The notes below the pieces were generated by a model that searched no databases, had not been told where the DNA came from, and saw only the letters and a program-made list of their open reading frames with translations. Of a DNA stretch of 64,000 nucleotides, positions 25,832-40,482 are shown in pieces; within the stretch, counting starts at the first letter, position 1, and each line of letters opens with the position of its first letter. The stretch comes from Monocercomonoides exilis PA203 (Eukaryota > Protista > Preaxostyla), in NCBI GenBank assembly GCA_001643675.2, contig LSRY02000030.1, positions 1,142,724-1,206,723 on the forward strand, in the 5' to 3' direction. The translations under genes and the position numbers were made by a program.

Positions 25832-27077
25832 TGATGTTTGTTATTTTGCACAAAGTTTAATTTCAATTTCACTGAAAATTTTTACACTTTAAAATTGTAG
25901 AAAATTACGACACAAACATATCAAAAAGTATTTTTGAAAAAAGCAAAAAATTGAATATCATTTGTATTTTGTTTATGATACAAATACTATCTGAAGATTA
26001 TTTCGATACCATTTTAAATTTTTTTTTGACTTTTCATGAAAGTATTTCTTCTTTTAATATATTTTTTTGTTCATTTGCGTTTGATAAAAATTAAGTGAAA
26101 TATTATAATTGTTTTGAATTGATTCAAATCATTGCAGTGTATCAGATAAATATTGAGCAACAATAAATGAATTGCAGCCATCATGCGAAATTTGTCCTAT
26201 TAAAAGCTTTTCCCCTTTCGATTTGTTTTTTTAAAAAAATAATCATATAAAGAGTTTATTCTCAAAATTGATATTTATAATAATATTTTCAAAGAAATTG
26301 TGACATACAAGGCTATATTTTTGCACTTATGAAATATTCAACGATTTGAGCCAAACATTTTCTCAATCATATCTTTGAGAAGTCTTTCATTCCCATTCAT
26401 AATAATAATAAAAAAATCGAAAAAAAATACAATAAATAATGTGGTGGAACAAAATTCATAATGCAAAAAATTTTGTCCCATTAAAATTTATTTCACAATT
26501 TTTTGAAATTATTTATGAAAGGAATTGATATTTTAAATGAAATCCCGATACTTCTCGAACATCATTGTTTTTTTTGACGCAAGAATCAAATTCGGTATTT
26601 TGAATCGTAAGCAATTCAAGTCACTTCTCTGAAGTTATTTTAAGAGATGAAAATTTTCGTTCCAAACAAAGAAAAAGAATTATTAAGCCATCACTGGATA
26701 ACGTTATTGAATAAAGAAGATCTTTTCAAAACAAGTTTTCTCATGTAAGTGAAGATAAATATTCACACACTTTTGAATAATGCTTCAGATTTCAAAAAAA
26801 AAAGAAAACTTTCAATATGATCGAATACTTTTTCTTCTTGTTGAGGATGTTCAACCCCAACAATAATAAATCCAAAATACTGTTTGTGAACAACATAAAT
26901 AATAAATTCATAATCTCTGAACGAAACTGCCAAATTCTCTCCCTTTCAAAATCCTGTTGTTTTGATTTCATATGTTTTATGATTTTCAATTTGAATTATT
27001 GGATTTGTGTTTGCTCAATTCATCTCTTTTTTTAACCCTGTGCATTTGAATTTGAAAAAAATTGGCCCATCTTAATA

Positions 27078-30000
27078 TCAATATGAAATCCATGTCACAC
27101 TGGTGTCTTCAACAGCACTCCCAGGCTCATCATCTCCTTCATAGTCGATGGCATCTGACACGGTCATGATGACTGCATCTTTCGGAAAATGTTTGAAAAA
27201 CTCTCTTTTCAGCCAGACAAGCGAAGGCCTGTTTGATGCCTCCACCCCAACACACTGCTTCAACACTTCTGTAAAACTGCTTCCACTTATTGCTGCGATA
27301 TCAGGTCTCTCCCCATTCACAATCTTCTGCCCTGCCACATCTGCCTCATAATCTCCAAATGGAATTTGAAGGGTCAGGCACTCCCACAGCATCATCCCAA
27401 TCGAGAATGCCACAGATTCCTTTGTTGCCCCCATCTTCTTGTTGATCAGCAGCTCTGGTGCCATCCACCTCAGGCACTCTTTTCTGTTGTATTCATCATC
27501 TTCAAAGGCAGACGAGGGCAGAGAATCATCATCATTGTCACTGGCAGATGTCACAACAGTTGATGAAGAGATGGATGATGTGTCTGAACTATCATCAGAT
27601 GAGAAGTCAGAGCGCATCACGATGCAGATCACCATGTGCTCAGAAAATAGTACTATATGAGGGCTCAGAGTGGAAAGAGAAGATAATCCATTTTCCATCT
27701 CATCAAACGAGTGGAGTGCCAGATTGGCCACCCAGAACAGGATCTGTGCAGCTGTTTGCTCCCTCTCCTGCAAAGTGCCAATTGCCATCTCCTTTGTTTT
27801 ATTCTTTCCATGAAGCAACATGAACAGCGAATCCCTCAAATCCACAATCAGCTTCTCATGAGGAGACGAACAGGGTATTGCATCCACCAGATTAGACATG
27901 GACGATGTGGTTGGGCACAGATCTTCTCTTCGAACAAACGTTGAGTCTGAATCAGTTGTTGAAGTGGATGAGATGGATGGTGATGGTGTTCTCTTTCTTG
28001 TTTCCTCTTCTTCTTTCTCATCCACTTTCTCCAGCATCCATTGAGGAATCTTGTCTGAATCTCTCCCCAAAATGTATTCAGTACAGCTACACTCACTCAA
28101 CAAATACTCAGATGACTCTGAATGTCCCAAGCTTTTCTCATACACCCTCTTTTTTATCATCTCTTCATTTTTCTTCTCTGCCTCCCTCTCTGCTCTCCTC
28201 CACTGCTCCTCTGGAGATATCTCCATCGTCACCATCTCAAATGCCTTTGGATCCTTCCTCACTGTGTCATTTACAATCTCTCTCAAATCTTTCGCTTCAT
28301 TCTTTGCCTTTCTCCACCGAACGGCTATAACAACAGCAACAATCAGAACAATCAAAAACAAAACAACAAATATCAGACAAAAAACAGCCCATGATGATTT
28401 CCCTTCTTTCCCTCCTTCAACAATCCTTTCATCTCCTTTTCCAACACTTTCACTCCTGTTCTTCAGTATATATGGCTCTGTTGATGAAGGAGAATCTGCT
28501 TTCCCAAACACAATCCACACACTCACTACTGTCTCTTCTCTCACTTTCTCCAGTTCTGAACATGTAATAAATGTGTGAATCTCATTCTCTGACACAAACC
28601 CTTCTTCTTCAATCTCCTTTCTCACTATCTCCTCTTCATCCCCATTTTTCATGCTCATCTTCACTGACAAATCACATGGCAGTAACAACTTTCCCACAAT
28701 CATCAACTCCACATCCCCATTTGGCTGAGAAATATTCTTCACCTCTTCCAAAACAGGGATGAAAAATGATGATCCTCTTTCAGCTGCTATCCCTCCCAAT
28801 TCGCATCCTTCATCCAATATCCACAACGATGTGTTTGGCAACAAACCATCTCCCCCTTTCACACTCACAACATTCAATTCCCCATTCCCTTCACAAATCA
28901 CATTCCTTCGAGCTGATGGATATCCCTCAATCGATGGGTTGTTGTTCTCAAACATTCCATTTTCAATCTTCACACTCCCTCCACTCACCCACAATCCACC
29001 TCCCTTGCTATTTCTGATTGTTGTTTCCCTCATCTCCACATTGCTCTTCTCAACATCAACCAATGACCCATTCCATTTACATAATCCCTCTTTTCTATTG
29101 TTTTCTTCATTGACAATTTCATCTTCTTTTTCTCCATCAAACACACATATCTCAACCCTCACATCCTTGGAATTTTTGATCTGCATCATGCTTCCCTTAT
29201 CAACCGAATTCACACACTTTCCGAATGAGCTGTTCAGCACACTCACATCTTGCTCAGCATCATCCATCCCAATCACACACCCCTCCAACAGCAATGTCAC
29301 ATTCTCAACTCCCATCTCTTTCATCTCCACTTTCGCTTTCCCTCCAACACTCACAACATCCCCCTCGCAATTGATATTCGATATTCTTGTTTCAACAATT
29401 GTCACATTCGATTCTTCATGGAATGAAAGCACCGACATTGTTGAACGAATATCTCTGAATGCCGAATCAAATATCTTCAGCTCTCCACTTTCCACACTCA
29501 CAATCGAACTGTTCAATTTCATGAACTCAACTGTTCTTGAAAAAGAGAAGAATTTGCATTCTTGTATTTTCGTCATTCCATTCTTCACTTTCATGAGATA
29601 CCTGTGAGCTGACTCAAATCCATCTTCAAGCTGGAATGAGCACCTCTCCACTGAACATTCATTCACAAACTCCATCACACAATCCTTCTCACCTGATTTC
29701 TCAATCTTGCAGTTCAACCGAACAATCCCCTGTGTCTTTTTCAATGAATTCACAACCAGATCTCCAATCACACACTCCTTCCTCACAAACCCTTCTCCAT
29801 CAATCAGAATCGCATTCATCACCCCTTCCTCGATGTGCTCAACCCCACAGTCGATGCTCACACACGGATTGCTCTGTGCACCACATCCCCTCCCATCACT
29901 CCCTCTCCCACTCACAAACACCTGTGCCGAATAATAGAATGTGATCAGCGAATTCAGATCAACATCTCTCTCGCTCCAAACATCCCTCCCACAGATGGAG

Positions 30001-30575
30001 TTGTTTGAGTTCAATGACTCCTGGATGTAGTTCAGTGTGAACAGTGTTTCGTTGATCTGTCGAGCAAACGAGTAACACTTGATGAATATGTCTTTCCCTG
30101 CAAATGCCTCGTTCAGCCTGAACAAGATATTCACAATCTTGAAATTCAGAGATGGAATCTGACTTTCATCACCATAATTCGCATGTGGGTCAGATCCATC
30201 AATAAACAGCCCTCCTCCACACCCTGTCTCACTCGAGCACTTGCATATCGAAAACGTGCTCCCATTCACTTTCAACACCGACTCCCCACTCTTCAGCACC
30301 ACTCTCATTCCTCCACCTTCATCACTCAAACCACTCTTGCAACTCGACATCGAACACTCATCCACCACACACTCCACTCCATCCTCAAATGACCCCACAT
30401 CAACAACACTCGCTCCAATCCTTTCATTCGTGATGTTCGCAAATGAACACCCAACAACCCTCAGAACAGGTCTGTTCCCATTTAAAAATACCTTCTTTTC
30501 CCTATTCATCTGACTTTCCTCTTCCATCATCGATATCAGACTTCTCTCTGTCACATCAGCAAATGAAACGTTCAC
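27078..30575 (-). pseudogene. 5'-truncated receptor-like protein: beta-helix-like Cys/Gly-rich ectodomain, single TM helix, degenerate kinase-like C-terminus
   Basis: 1165-codon frame starting at GTG with no signal peptide; TM segment WAVFCLIFVVLFLIVLIVAVVIAV; kinase subdomain VIII-XI motifs (RWMAPE, FSIGMMLWECLT..IPF, RP) but no VAIK, HRD or DFG. It could instead be the last exon of an intact gene. Confidence 0.65.
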
Positions 30576-33138
30576 ATTCTGAAAAGTTCCATTAGTTGAA
30601 ATTGTACTGATAATGTTACAATAAAACAGTTTGCTTCGCTGTTTTCAAATAGAAGAAACTCAATAATATATTTTTTTTGTCCATTTTAAATGAAGAAATA
30701 AGTTTTGTTTGGCTGAAAAGTTTCAGAATCACCTGATATTGCAAATTTTTTCAATAAAAATTTCTGATTTGGAGTTGAAAGACAGAAGAGATTGAATAAT
30801 GCTTCTGCTTTAATTTGGTATCAAAGTGGGATAGTTCAGCATAGCATTGTTTATGTTTTCCCTTTGAAAGATGAGACATCCACAGAAATACTTTCAACAT
30901 CACAAGTTTAACAACAAAATCATCTTTTTCATTTTGAAACACAAGAATTCTGCAATATGATAAAAATGAGCCATTTTTGCTTTGTCATTGAAATCATAAT
31001 TTTTTTTTAGAGAAAAAATTTTTTCTCTGTTAAGCTTTATATACATGAAATTTCTTTCTTTTCGCCTTTGTCTTTGTGCAAAGCAGCATGTTCAATGTGA
31101 CTCTCAATCATTCAACTCAACACATCATTTTAATAACTTTTCATTCATCATCGATATTGAAATCTGAACATGCCATTCTTCTTTTAATTATTCTCCTTTT
31201 TTCATAACATTTTAATTTTTTTAACATTCGAATCATTTATTCCTTCAATTTGAACAATGCAACATTCACTTCCGATTAATGTTTTATTGTGAAAGAAATA
31301 CTGATTTTCATTCATTTGACACAACATTGTCACAAGCCGCGCCATCAGAGAAAGATTTTTCATATCGTCTTTCACTTTTTTCGCTTCTTTCACATTTGCT
31401 CCCAATTACAGTTTTTTGACAATTTCTTTTAGCTTCGTCTTCTTTTTTTTTATATTCGGAATGAGCAAAAATTGAGTGAATCTGCACAAAGTCCATTCCT
31501 TTTGAGCATTGCTCTAAAAGACATCGCTTTTGGAGATTATTTTTTGGAAAACGTTTCTGACATTCACATCAACACAGATGAATGAAACAAGGAGAAGATG
31601 ACAAAAGAATAAAATAGTTACGCAGAGAAGACAAGAAAGTCAGTCCAACCGAAAAGAGAGACAAGTCACTTTCACAGAAATGGATTTGGCACTTTCTTTT
31701 CAATGAGTGTATTTTTGGAGAATTATTATCATGTTCTGACAGAACAACTATTTTATTCACAATTCAATTTGTGGGATGCTTGAAGCAGAAGGCGTTCATT
31801 GAATATCACATGGTGTTTATATATTCAAAATCTTCATCTTCATCTTCTTCGGCAATTCAATAAACTCTCCCACTCACTGATTTATTCTTCAACATTTCAT
31901 CCTTCTGTCAATTCTGCTGCTGATTTCTTTTTCAATGTTTCTCTCTCTTGAAGCTCATCTCTTTCGTCCAAAATCATCTTTGTTCATCTTTTTCATTACC
32001 ATTTTACAAAAACACGTTTTGTTTCAAATTCTTCACAGCAAACTGTCAACAAACATTAGATACTCCACAACTGATATTTCTTCGTTCTTCTTGTTCTTTT
32101 ATTATCATCATCAAGGAAATCATGAGAGTTTCACACAGAATTTCTTCTTCTTCTTCTTCACCTTCTTTTTCTGCATTTTGAATGTTTATAAAAACAGAAA
32201 TATTGGAGAACTAATGGGAAAAGGCAAACGAAGACTTTTTCTTTGAATGCATCAACTATTTGCATCAATGTTATGGATTCATTCGCAACGTTTTTTCAAT
32301 TCATTTTCATCAACCCAAAAGAAAAGTTTAATATATGAAGGAATGCGTTGCATTTGTATTGGTATTGAGAAAAAAGCAGGTTTGAAAGAATGGATTTTTG
32401 GATTATTTCATGAGTCATTAGTGATGCATGGGAAATTACAGAAAGAAAAAGGAAGAAAAAGAGAAAGAAATGAAATTTGACTGAGATATTGAAGAATTGC
32501 ATTTTGAGGTGATATGAATGTAACGAGTGTCCTTATTCAAGAAGAGGAGATAAAAGGAATGAAGAGAAAAGCAAAGGGGTACAATGGGGAAGAAAAGAAT
32601 AAAGAGATATGAAAAACTGCACAAAAAATGAGAAGAATGAGAAGATCAATTAATCATGAATAACTTCATCAGTCATTCCCATTCCGAATTGGAGCATTGG
32701 ATTGGCTTCTTTTTTAGCCATTCTTGCTGCTAATTTAGGTTCTCTGAAGTTGGTATCTGCATTCTTCAACAATCATTTCTTTATTGATACTCTTGTTTTC
32801 TTCTCAAGAATTTTCATTTCATTTCTTCTTCTTCTCGAATTCATCGAGAATGCGATGAGAAAGAGAAAAATCAGAGTAATCCGAAAATTTCAAGAGGAAA
32901 TAACTGAACAATTGAATTTTCATGAAAAAATGAATCTATTTGAAGAAGATTGAAGACTGATATTCAATGACCATTATTGATGGGGAAAAAAAAAATGGAT
33001 TTTGTGAATATTTATTATTTGAAAAAGGCGATAAAACATTTATAAAAATTCTTCAATCTTTTTTTTTTGTAATTTTGTGAAATGATGAAAATTGAAAATA
33101 TTGTTTTTGAGTCACAGAACAAAATGAAACGAATTTGG

Positions 33139-34489
33139 CTAAACGTTATCAAAATAATCCGAAATATTCAACGATAATGCATCATGATATTTTTCGTTAA
33201 GAAAATCAAATATATTATAAAAGCTGGTGATGGCATCTTCATATCCTTCTTCTTCCATCTTTTCAAGCACTTTCCTTTTCATCTCTTTTCTTTTCTCTTC
33301 TTCCGTTTCATCGTCTGAGTTTCCTTTCAACCTTTCTGAAATCTTCAAAAAGAATTTCAAACAAATACATACAGTGAAGTTTTCATTTGTTGTTTGCTGA
33401 ATCTCCTTCAAAATAGAATCAATAGCCCCACTCTCCAACAAATCATCAATTTCAACTGCTCTGTTTCTCACTGCATTTCCCAATGAACAAACGCATTCTT
33501 TACCAATTTCTCTGTAATTATCCTTTGCTGCTCGATACACTTGCACAATGCTTTCAATAATCACAAAAAATTTTTCATTTTGCAATCGACAGTAGAAAAG
33601 GAAAGTCCCCAACGTTCGGAGCCATCTCATCAATACGAATTCTTCTTTCGCTTCTTTTCCTTTTTCCTCTCCCTTTTTTCTCTCCCAATCAATATTTCTT
33701 GTCAGCTCTTCCAATTCTATTGTTGCCTCTCTCGCAAAATGAAGTTCATTCAAAATCTCTCCCTTCAAGCTTCTGTCGAACCATTGATGGTTTATAAGGA
33801 ATTCCCAAGCAGATTGAAAAGATAATCGAGTAAGATTGTGTTGTTTCTGATGATATTTGATGATTTCTTTGATTTCGTTCAGGAAAAGTTTATAATCCAT
33901 TTTCTATTCAAAAAAGAAGAAGAAGATAATAAAACACTATCTATAATGAAAAAGAAATGCTAACACCAAATAAGCCAAAGTTGCTAATCGCTAACAAAGC
34001 CATTTCCACTTCTTTTTGTGCTTTCTCGTCTTCCTCCTTGTTCGATGCAACTTTCAGAAGATTTGGAATACAAATTGATATTAACTCCGTCTGGAATTTT
34101 GAACACAGTGAAATATAACATTCGCAAAGATCAATCAAAAGTTTTTCGTTCATTTCCCCTTTTTTCTTTTGATCTTCTTCAATTATCATCTGTCCGAATC
34201 TTTTATTCAGCGAAGATGTTTCAAAGCCGTCGATCCAAATTCTTTTTAGCACTTTGCAATATCCAATGTGCTTCAATAACTCAAATGCAACTCCCATTGA
34301 TATTTTCTTTTCTTCAATCATTTTACCAGTTTTATTGAACATTATAACCGTGAAAACTGATTTGAATTCTTCTTCACACATATGATTTATTAGTCCATTC
34401 ATTTCTTCAATTTTATGTTTGCGCCCGGAGTCAGTGCTATCCTCCAATTTATGTATCAATTCTGAAAAAAAAATGTTGAAAGAAATCAA
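33139..34489 (-). CDS. Member of an expanded lineage-specific helical protein family, paralogue of 38446-40016
   Basis: ORFs 33941-34489 and 33139-33900 are joined by a short intron; shared motifs KIEEMNGLI, LLKH.GYC, DLCECY, NELHFAREA, EEEGYED; 5' end uncertain. Confidence 0.75.
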
Positions 34490-36480
34490 ATTTTCAACAA
34501 TTCAAATGCAACATTGAAACAAACCACTGAGTTTTTTTGTTACACTCCTCGTCTGCTTTTCGAAAAATATTGCATTCAGAAAATAATATATTTTCATATT
34601 GGCATTGAATTCGCATATGTTTGTATAGATGAAATTGGAGAATAATTAAATTTCAAAATTGTCATAAAAATATGAGCGTTCACACTGTCATTCTATTCAT
34701 TTGCATTTTTTGTTGGTTATTAAAAGATTAAAAAGGTTTTGCCAATTTGCTTTATTTGTTATGGATTCTTTGATCAAAAAGTTATCTTCGAAATGAAATA
34801 TTTATTCATGGATCGAGAATGAGAGTGAACATTTTCTATTGAATTTGAAATATTATTTCATATGAAAAGAGCTGGAAATGGTGAGATGCAATAATTAGGA
34901 ATTCTGTCTGATAATTTTTGAAAATTTGATGAGATAGAAAATATATCATGTTATTTTTTGAATAATGGCATCTGTATGAGGGCACTTTATATTGTTCAAT
35001 TGGTGGCGAAGATATTTCCATCTGTAATCACTCCAAAGCCCTGGAATATGACAGATTATTTAAATGGGAACTCATCGCTTTGGGATGGGAAATGTTGAAA
35101 AGAGGGTGCAATTCATTGTATTTCCGATTGCAGATGGGATGGTGAAGAAAGCGATTGGAAAATGGATGATGGGCGGATGTGTGGTAGAAGCGCCAGCTTC
35201 TTCGTAACAATCATGCTTCATCTGTTGCCATGTGCGGCAAAAAGGAAATGTTGAACAAGCATCACTCAGAGGATGGAGGCTCTGCCTCCTCAGGGAGTGG
35301 TCATTGCAGCATCTGTGTGGGCTCTTCCGAGACTGGCTGAGGAATGAGACGTTGGCTGAATCTTAAAAAATTCTAATTACTGGTTTGGACAAATGCTTCA
35401 GAATTATAGCATCTTGGATGAGGGCGGATGTGTGCGATGTGAACACACACACGTGAAATAAACGAATGCATTTGAGAGATCAGAAGGGAGATGTTTTTGA
35501 GATGATAGCGATGTGTGTGGATGTAAAGAGTTTTGTGGGAACAGTTGGGAGAATTGGATGAATGGAAAGATATGAGTCGAGAGAGGGAGTTCGAAGGAAC
35601 TATTTTCGTAATCGTTGACTGCTTTCTCGAAAGCGCGATGAAGGCTTTGCCATTTGGTTGCTTGCTGATCATTTCACACTCAGCTGACTGCGCCATGCCA
35701 ACAACGGTCCAATTAGCAGGAGCAAACAGACCACACTTCTCCCACTTTCGGATACTGAATGCCTTCAACATTTGGAACATCAAGGACTTTGCGAATACCC
35801 ATCATCGACACACACACTGATTTCGATAAAGTGCTTCAGCGAGACAAGCGAACAGCTTTGCTATTTCATGCTCTTAAGCAAGCTAGCATTTCGAAAGCTG
35901 AAACGAGAATAGAAAATGCAGTTGAACCACAGCTTGTTTTTGTGGACCAGGAAAAGAAATGTTTGTTTCATTCGCTCTTTTTCTTCTTGCCTGAACGACC
36001 ATTGACCTCACCTTGTTTGCATTTATTGTTCTTGATCCAAGAGATGAAATTCCATTCATATGAATTTGCTTTTTTTCTTTCAAGTTGTTTTCTTCTTCGA
36101 TGCATTCTTCAATGGAAAATAAAGTTTCGCAATTTTTTTCCAAGCAAATCCATCAGATCCAAAGGCAAGCCTTATTCTCTTTTTAAGATTTTGATTACCA
36201 AAACGAATATTATTTGTTTGTGAATATTTTTTTTGAATGATTTCAAAGCGTTTATTTATTTATTTGCTTATGCATTGCAGAGATTTCTTATCTTTTGTAA
36301 TAATTGATATCCAGTTTTGTTGCAAAAAATAGAAAATAAAATTGAATAACGAAATGGCAAAAATTAGCTTTTTAACTGTAGAAATTGTGAAATGATATTA
36401 TATGAAAAGATTTGTTCAAATAAAGCATTCAATAAAAATAAGTAAATTAATTTTTGTTATTATTTCTTAATTATTGCATC

Positions 36481-36532
<52 letters not shown>

Positions 36533-36572
36533 AAAAAAAAAAAAAATCATTCAACAGTCTAATTAATACACA

Positions 36573-37770
36573 TTAACACCCTTCTTCTTCTCTCTCTTTC
36601 TCCTCGTATCTATCAGGGGACTCATCTGCCTGCAGCAGCATCTCCATTCTCTCAATGTTTGTCTTGTCCAGCCGGATGCTATTCAACATCGACGGAATGC
36701 CATTCAGCGATGCCCTGAGTGATTCAATGATTCGGATGGAAGGAAAGGAAGAAGGTGCATTCAAAGGCAGATGCTGCCAGAAACGCAGGTGAACAAGGAC
36801 GATGAGGGCGAGTGTCTTCACAAGCGACTGGAGGATGTCCCCGATGGTGTTGAAGAGGACCTGAAGAGAGAGAAAGAAAAGAAAGAAAGAAAGAAAGTAT
36901 TAGTTGTGGAATATTTTTAATTACAAACATTTATATGTTAGATAAATTGATTATTAATATTAAAAATAAAAAATAAATCAAAAAATTGAAAAAGAAAAGA
37001 AAGAAAAAGAAGAAATTTTCATCAAAAATGCATTAATAAATGAGGCAATACCCATTTTTCAATAAGCTCATATTGTTGCCTCTCTGATTGAAGCAGTCTA
37101 TCTTTGATAATTTCTTCCAAGCCATTTATTTTTATAGAATGAAATCAAAAGAATATATGTGAAACACAAAAAGAGAAAAAAAAATTGAAAACATTAAATT
37201 ATCATTGCTGAAAATGTTTGAGTAATTTTTAAATATTTTTATGATTTCCTTCTTTCTAATTTTTATAAAACAATGCATAAATGTTACAAAAAATGGATTA
37301 CACACCTTAATAACATCAAATACCTCAATCGTAGTCTATTCTATCTTGCCGGGCTCGCTTCGGCATCACTTGAATTGTTTCAGTCTTTGTCTAGAAATTC
37401 ACGCTGATATTGGAGAATCAATTATAACCATCAAAGCAACCAAAAATGATGATTTTCCAGAAAACGTAACAAGTGTCTTTACCGATAAATACAATTCTAG
37501 TGGCATCACCATTAAACGAGAAATATGTTGAAATGAATTCGAAATCCCGAACGTGCTTGTTTCCGCATGTTATATTTATCTTCCTTCTCCATCTCGAATT
37601 CTTTCATCTTCGCTCAACCTCAAAGCCTTTTGGAATAAAATCTCTTTCATTGCCCGATCAACAATGCAGCCCAATGTTGCGTCGACGCAGTCCCAAAGGC
37701 ATTCAATTATCACGCTCACGAGCTTCATCAAAAAACTGCGAATTGTTGAAAGCTTGATTTCCTCCATCAA
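36573..37770 (-). pseudogene. Probable decayed multi-exon gene of unknown function
   Basis: Coding-like terminal exon 36573-36860 with a polypyrimidine-CAG acceptor; upstream fragment 37576-37770 ends in a stop. Confidence 0.3.
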
Positions 37771-38445
37771 TCTTCCTTCAGCCTGGATGGCCCACTCAAG
37801 TCACGAACAAATAACAAAATTATCCCGATATCATATAACTTTTCTCAACACATTAAATTTGAAACATTCACTGAAATCAGCAAACACTTTGACATAACAG
37901 GAAAAATCATTTCTGACAAGGAAAGCTTCCAGATAACTCTAAATGTGAGTGTCAAAATTGAAATACAAATATGTTTTAATTTAAAAAGGGCATTGAAGCA
38001 CATACACGATTAATGAATAAACTGTTGCTTTTTTGTCTCTTCTTTGTTTTGTTCTTTTCAAAGTTTTTTCGCTTCTTCTTCATATTGCTCAGAATGTTAA
38101 AATAGATATTTTTATTTTAATACTCAATTCCAGACATGTGGGATACTTTCCGACATGTTCAAAAATTTCATTGAAATTCATTAAAGATCCTAAAAATAAA
38201 TTACTGTTGGATCGATCAGAAAGAAATAAAACTCTTTCTTGCTTGCTAAAAATAGCCTTTATCGTTGGCTTCTTTGTGATTTCTTTTTTAACATAGATTT
38301 TTTTTCAACTAGACAAAGGAATTGAGTTTGGCCTTTATCTTTGTTTTGTTAATTTTCGACAATATTGTTTTTGTTTTTCTGTTTCTCATTTGATATTTTG
38401 CTGCAAGTTGATCTTTGCTAATAATAGGCAGGATGGAAATGTGCA

Positions 38446-40016
38446 ATGAAGATAAATCCAATGATGATGTTCAGGAGCAATCACTTGCAAATAAGTTTTC
38501 AAGTTTGTGCATATTTTCTATTTTTTGAATGCTCAGCGCTTTCCGTCAAAATAAATTTTTTTGAAGAGTTGTTTTCTGAGCTTGAAGATTGCAATGAAGA
38601 TGAGCAGAGAAAGAAAATTGAAGAAATGAATGGATTGATTGATGGAATGAATTTGAAAGAATTTATATCAATTTACACAAAAAAACTATTAAACAAAATG
38701 AACAAAATGATTGAAGAAAAGAAAATGTCAATGGAAAATACAATTTTGCTGCTGAAACATGTTGGATATTGCAATGTGCTGAAAAACGTGTGGGATCCAT
38801 GCTTTTATGCATCTTCGCTGAGAGGAAGATTCGAACAGATGATTATTGAAGAAGAAAAGAAAAATGAGGAAAACGAAGAAAGTCTTCTTGTTGATCTTTG
38901 CGAATGCTATTTTTTGTTGAACAGGTGGGCTTCTTCAAATCTATTTCCGGTTTGCGTTCCCTGTCTTCTGAAAGTTTCTTTGAACAAGGAGAAAAACGAA
39001 GAAGCACAAAAAAAAGTGGAAACGGCTTTGTTGGCTTTGTCAAGTATTGGACAATTTCAAGTGTGTTGAGCTGGCTTGATTGCTTGATTGCAAAATTAAA
39101 ATGTGTTATTATTTGTATTTTTCTTATCTTTTATTAGGAAGTGAGAAATGAACTGTTCTTGATTGAAATCAAAGAGATTATCCAATGTCATCAGAAACAT
39201 AACAATCCTACTCGACTTGCCTATCAATCTTCTTGGCAATTTTTGATAGACAGATTTTACAAAGACAAAAGCTTGAATGAAGTGATTGTGAATGAATTAC
39301 ACTTTGCAAGAGAAGCAGCAAGAGAACTGGAAGAGCTAACAAAGTGCTTAAATTGGAAGAATAAATTTGAGGAAATGAGCAAAGAAGAAGCGAATGAAGT
39401 GATAGTTATTCGGAGATGGTTCAAAACACTTGAGATTTATTTTTTATGTTGTCAATTATGGAATGAAGAATACGTTGGACTTATCAACAGTCTTGTTCAG
39501 TTATTTCGAGCAGCAAGAGAAAATAAAAGAGAAATCAGTTACAAGTGCATTCATTCCTTGAGAAATGCAGTACTAAATAGAGATGTGAAAGTTGATATCT
39601 TATTGAAAGGAGGAGCAGTTGATGCTGTTTTGGAGGAGATTCAGAGGCCAACATTGGATGACGATTTTGCATGCGAAAGCTTACATTACTTTATGTTTGT
39701 TTCGAGTCGATTGAAAGAAAAGGAGGATGATGAAATGGAAGAAGAGGAAGAAGAAGAGGAGTTTGATGAGGGGGATGAAGAGAGAGATGATGAGAAGGAA
39801 GAAGAGAAGGAAGATGAAAAGGATGGAAAGAAGAAAGAAGAAAAAGAGGAAGCGAAAAGAAAGGCTACGAAAAGGAAGGTTTTTGAAAAGCTGGAGGAAG
39901 AAGGATACGAAGATACCATCACCAGCTTTTATAAAATATTCGATTTTATTAGCCTCACATTTAGTTATGATTTCAAATTATCTTTGAATCTTTCTGATTA
40001 TTTTGTAAATGTTTGA
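38446..40016 (+). CDS. Member of the same expanded family, with an acidic insertion
   Basis: Intron 39061-39137 (GT..AG) joins the two ORFs in frame; clear similarity to 33139-34489; start codon uncertain. Confidence 0.8.
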
Positions 40017-40089
40017 ATCAAAAGCGCTTTTTCTATTTCTGACTTTTCGGAAATTGTTTTTGTTAAGTCAGAAAAAGAAAGGAAACAAA

Positions 40090-40317
40090 AGAAGAAGAAG
40101 AAGAAGAAGAAGAAGAAGAAGAAGAAGAAGAAGAAGAAGAAGAAGAAGAGAGGAAGAATTTGATAACAATCCGAAAAGAGTCTTTTTTATTGGTACGTAC
40201 AATTCCAATTTATTCTTCATCTATCTCCTTCAACAACTTCTTCAAAAACAACAACAACAACAACTTCCTCCTCCTCCTCCTCCTCATCTTCTTCTTCTTC
40301 TTCTTCTTCTTCTTCTT

Positions 40318-40348
<31 letters not shown>

Positions 40349-40376
40349 TTCGTCGTCTTCTTCTTCTTCCTCTTCT

Positions 40377-40435
<59 letters not shown>

Positions 40436-40482
40436 TTCTTCCTCTTCTTCCTCTTCTTTTTCTTCTTCCTCTTCTTCTTCTT
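40090..40482. repeat. Compound microsatellite: (GAA)n, (CAA)n, (CTT)n and CTTCCT(CTT/CCT) units
   Basis: Read directly from the sequence. Confidence 0.95.

Noticed and set aside
35028-36223. Coding-like frameshifted fragments, and similar ones at 31200-32200
   Set aside because: No recognisable homology or consistent exon model.
36483-36546. Poly(A) tract as a retrocopy tail
   Set aside because: Wrong strand relative to the adjacent minus-strand exon, no TSD seen, and long homopolymers also occur at ~265 and ~22672.
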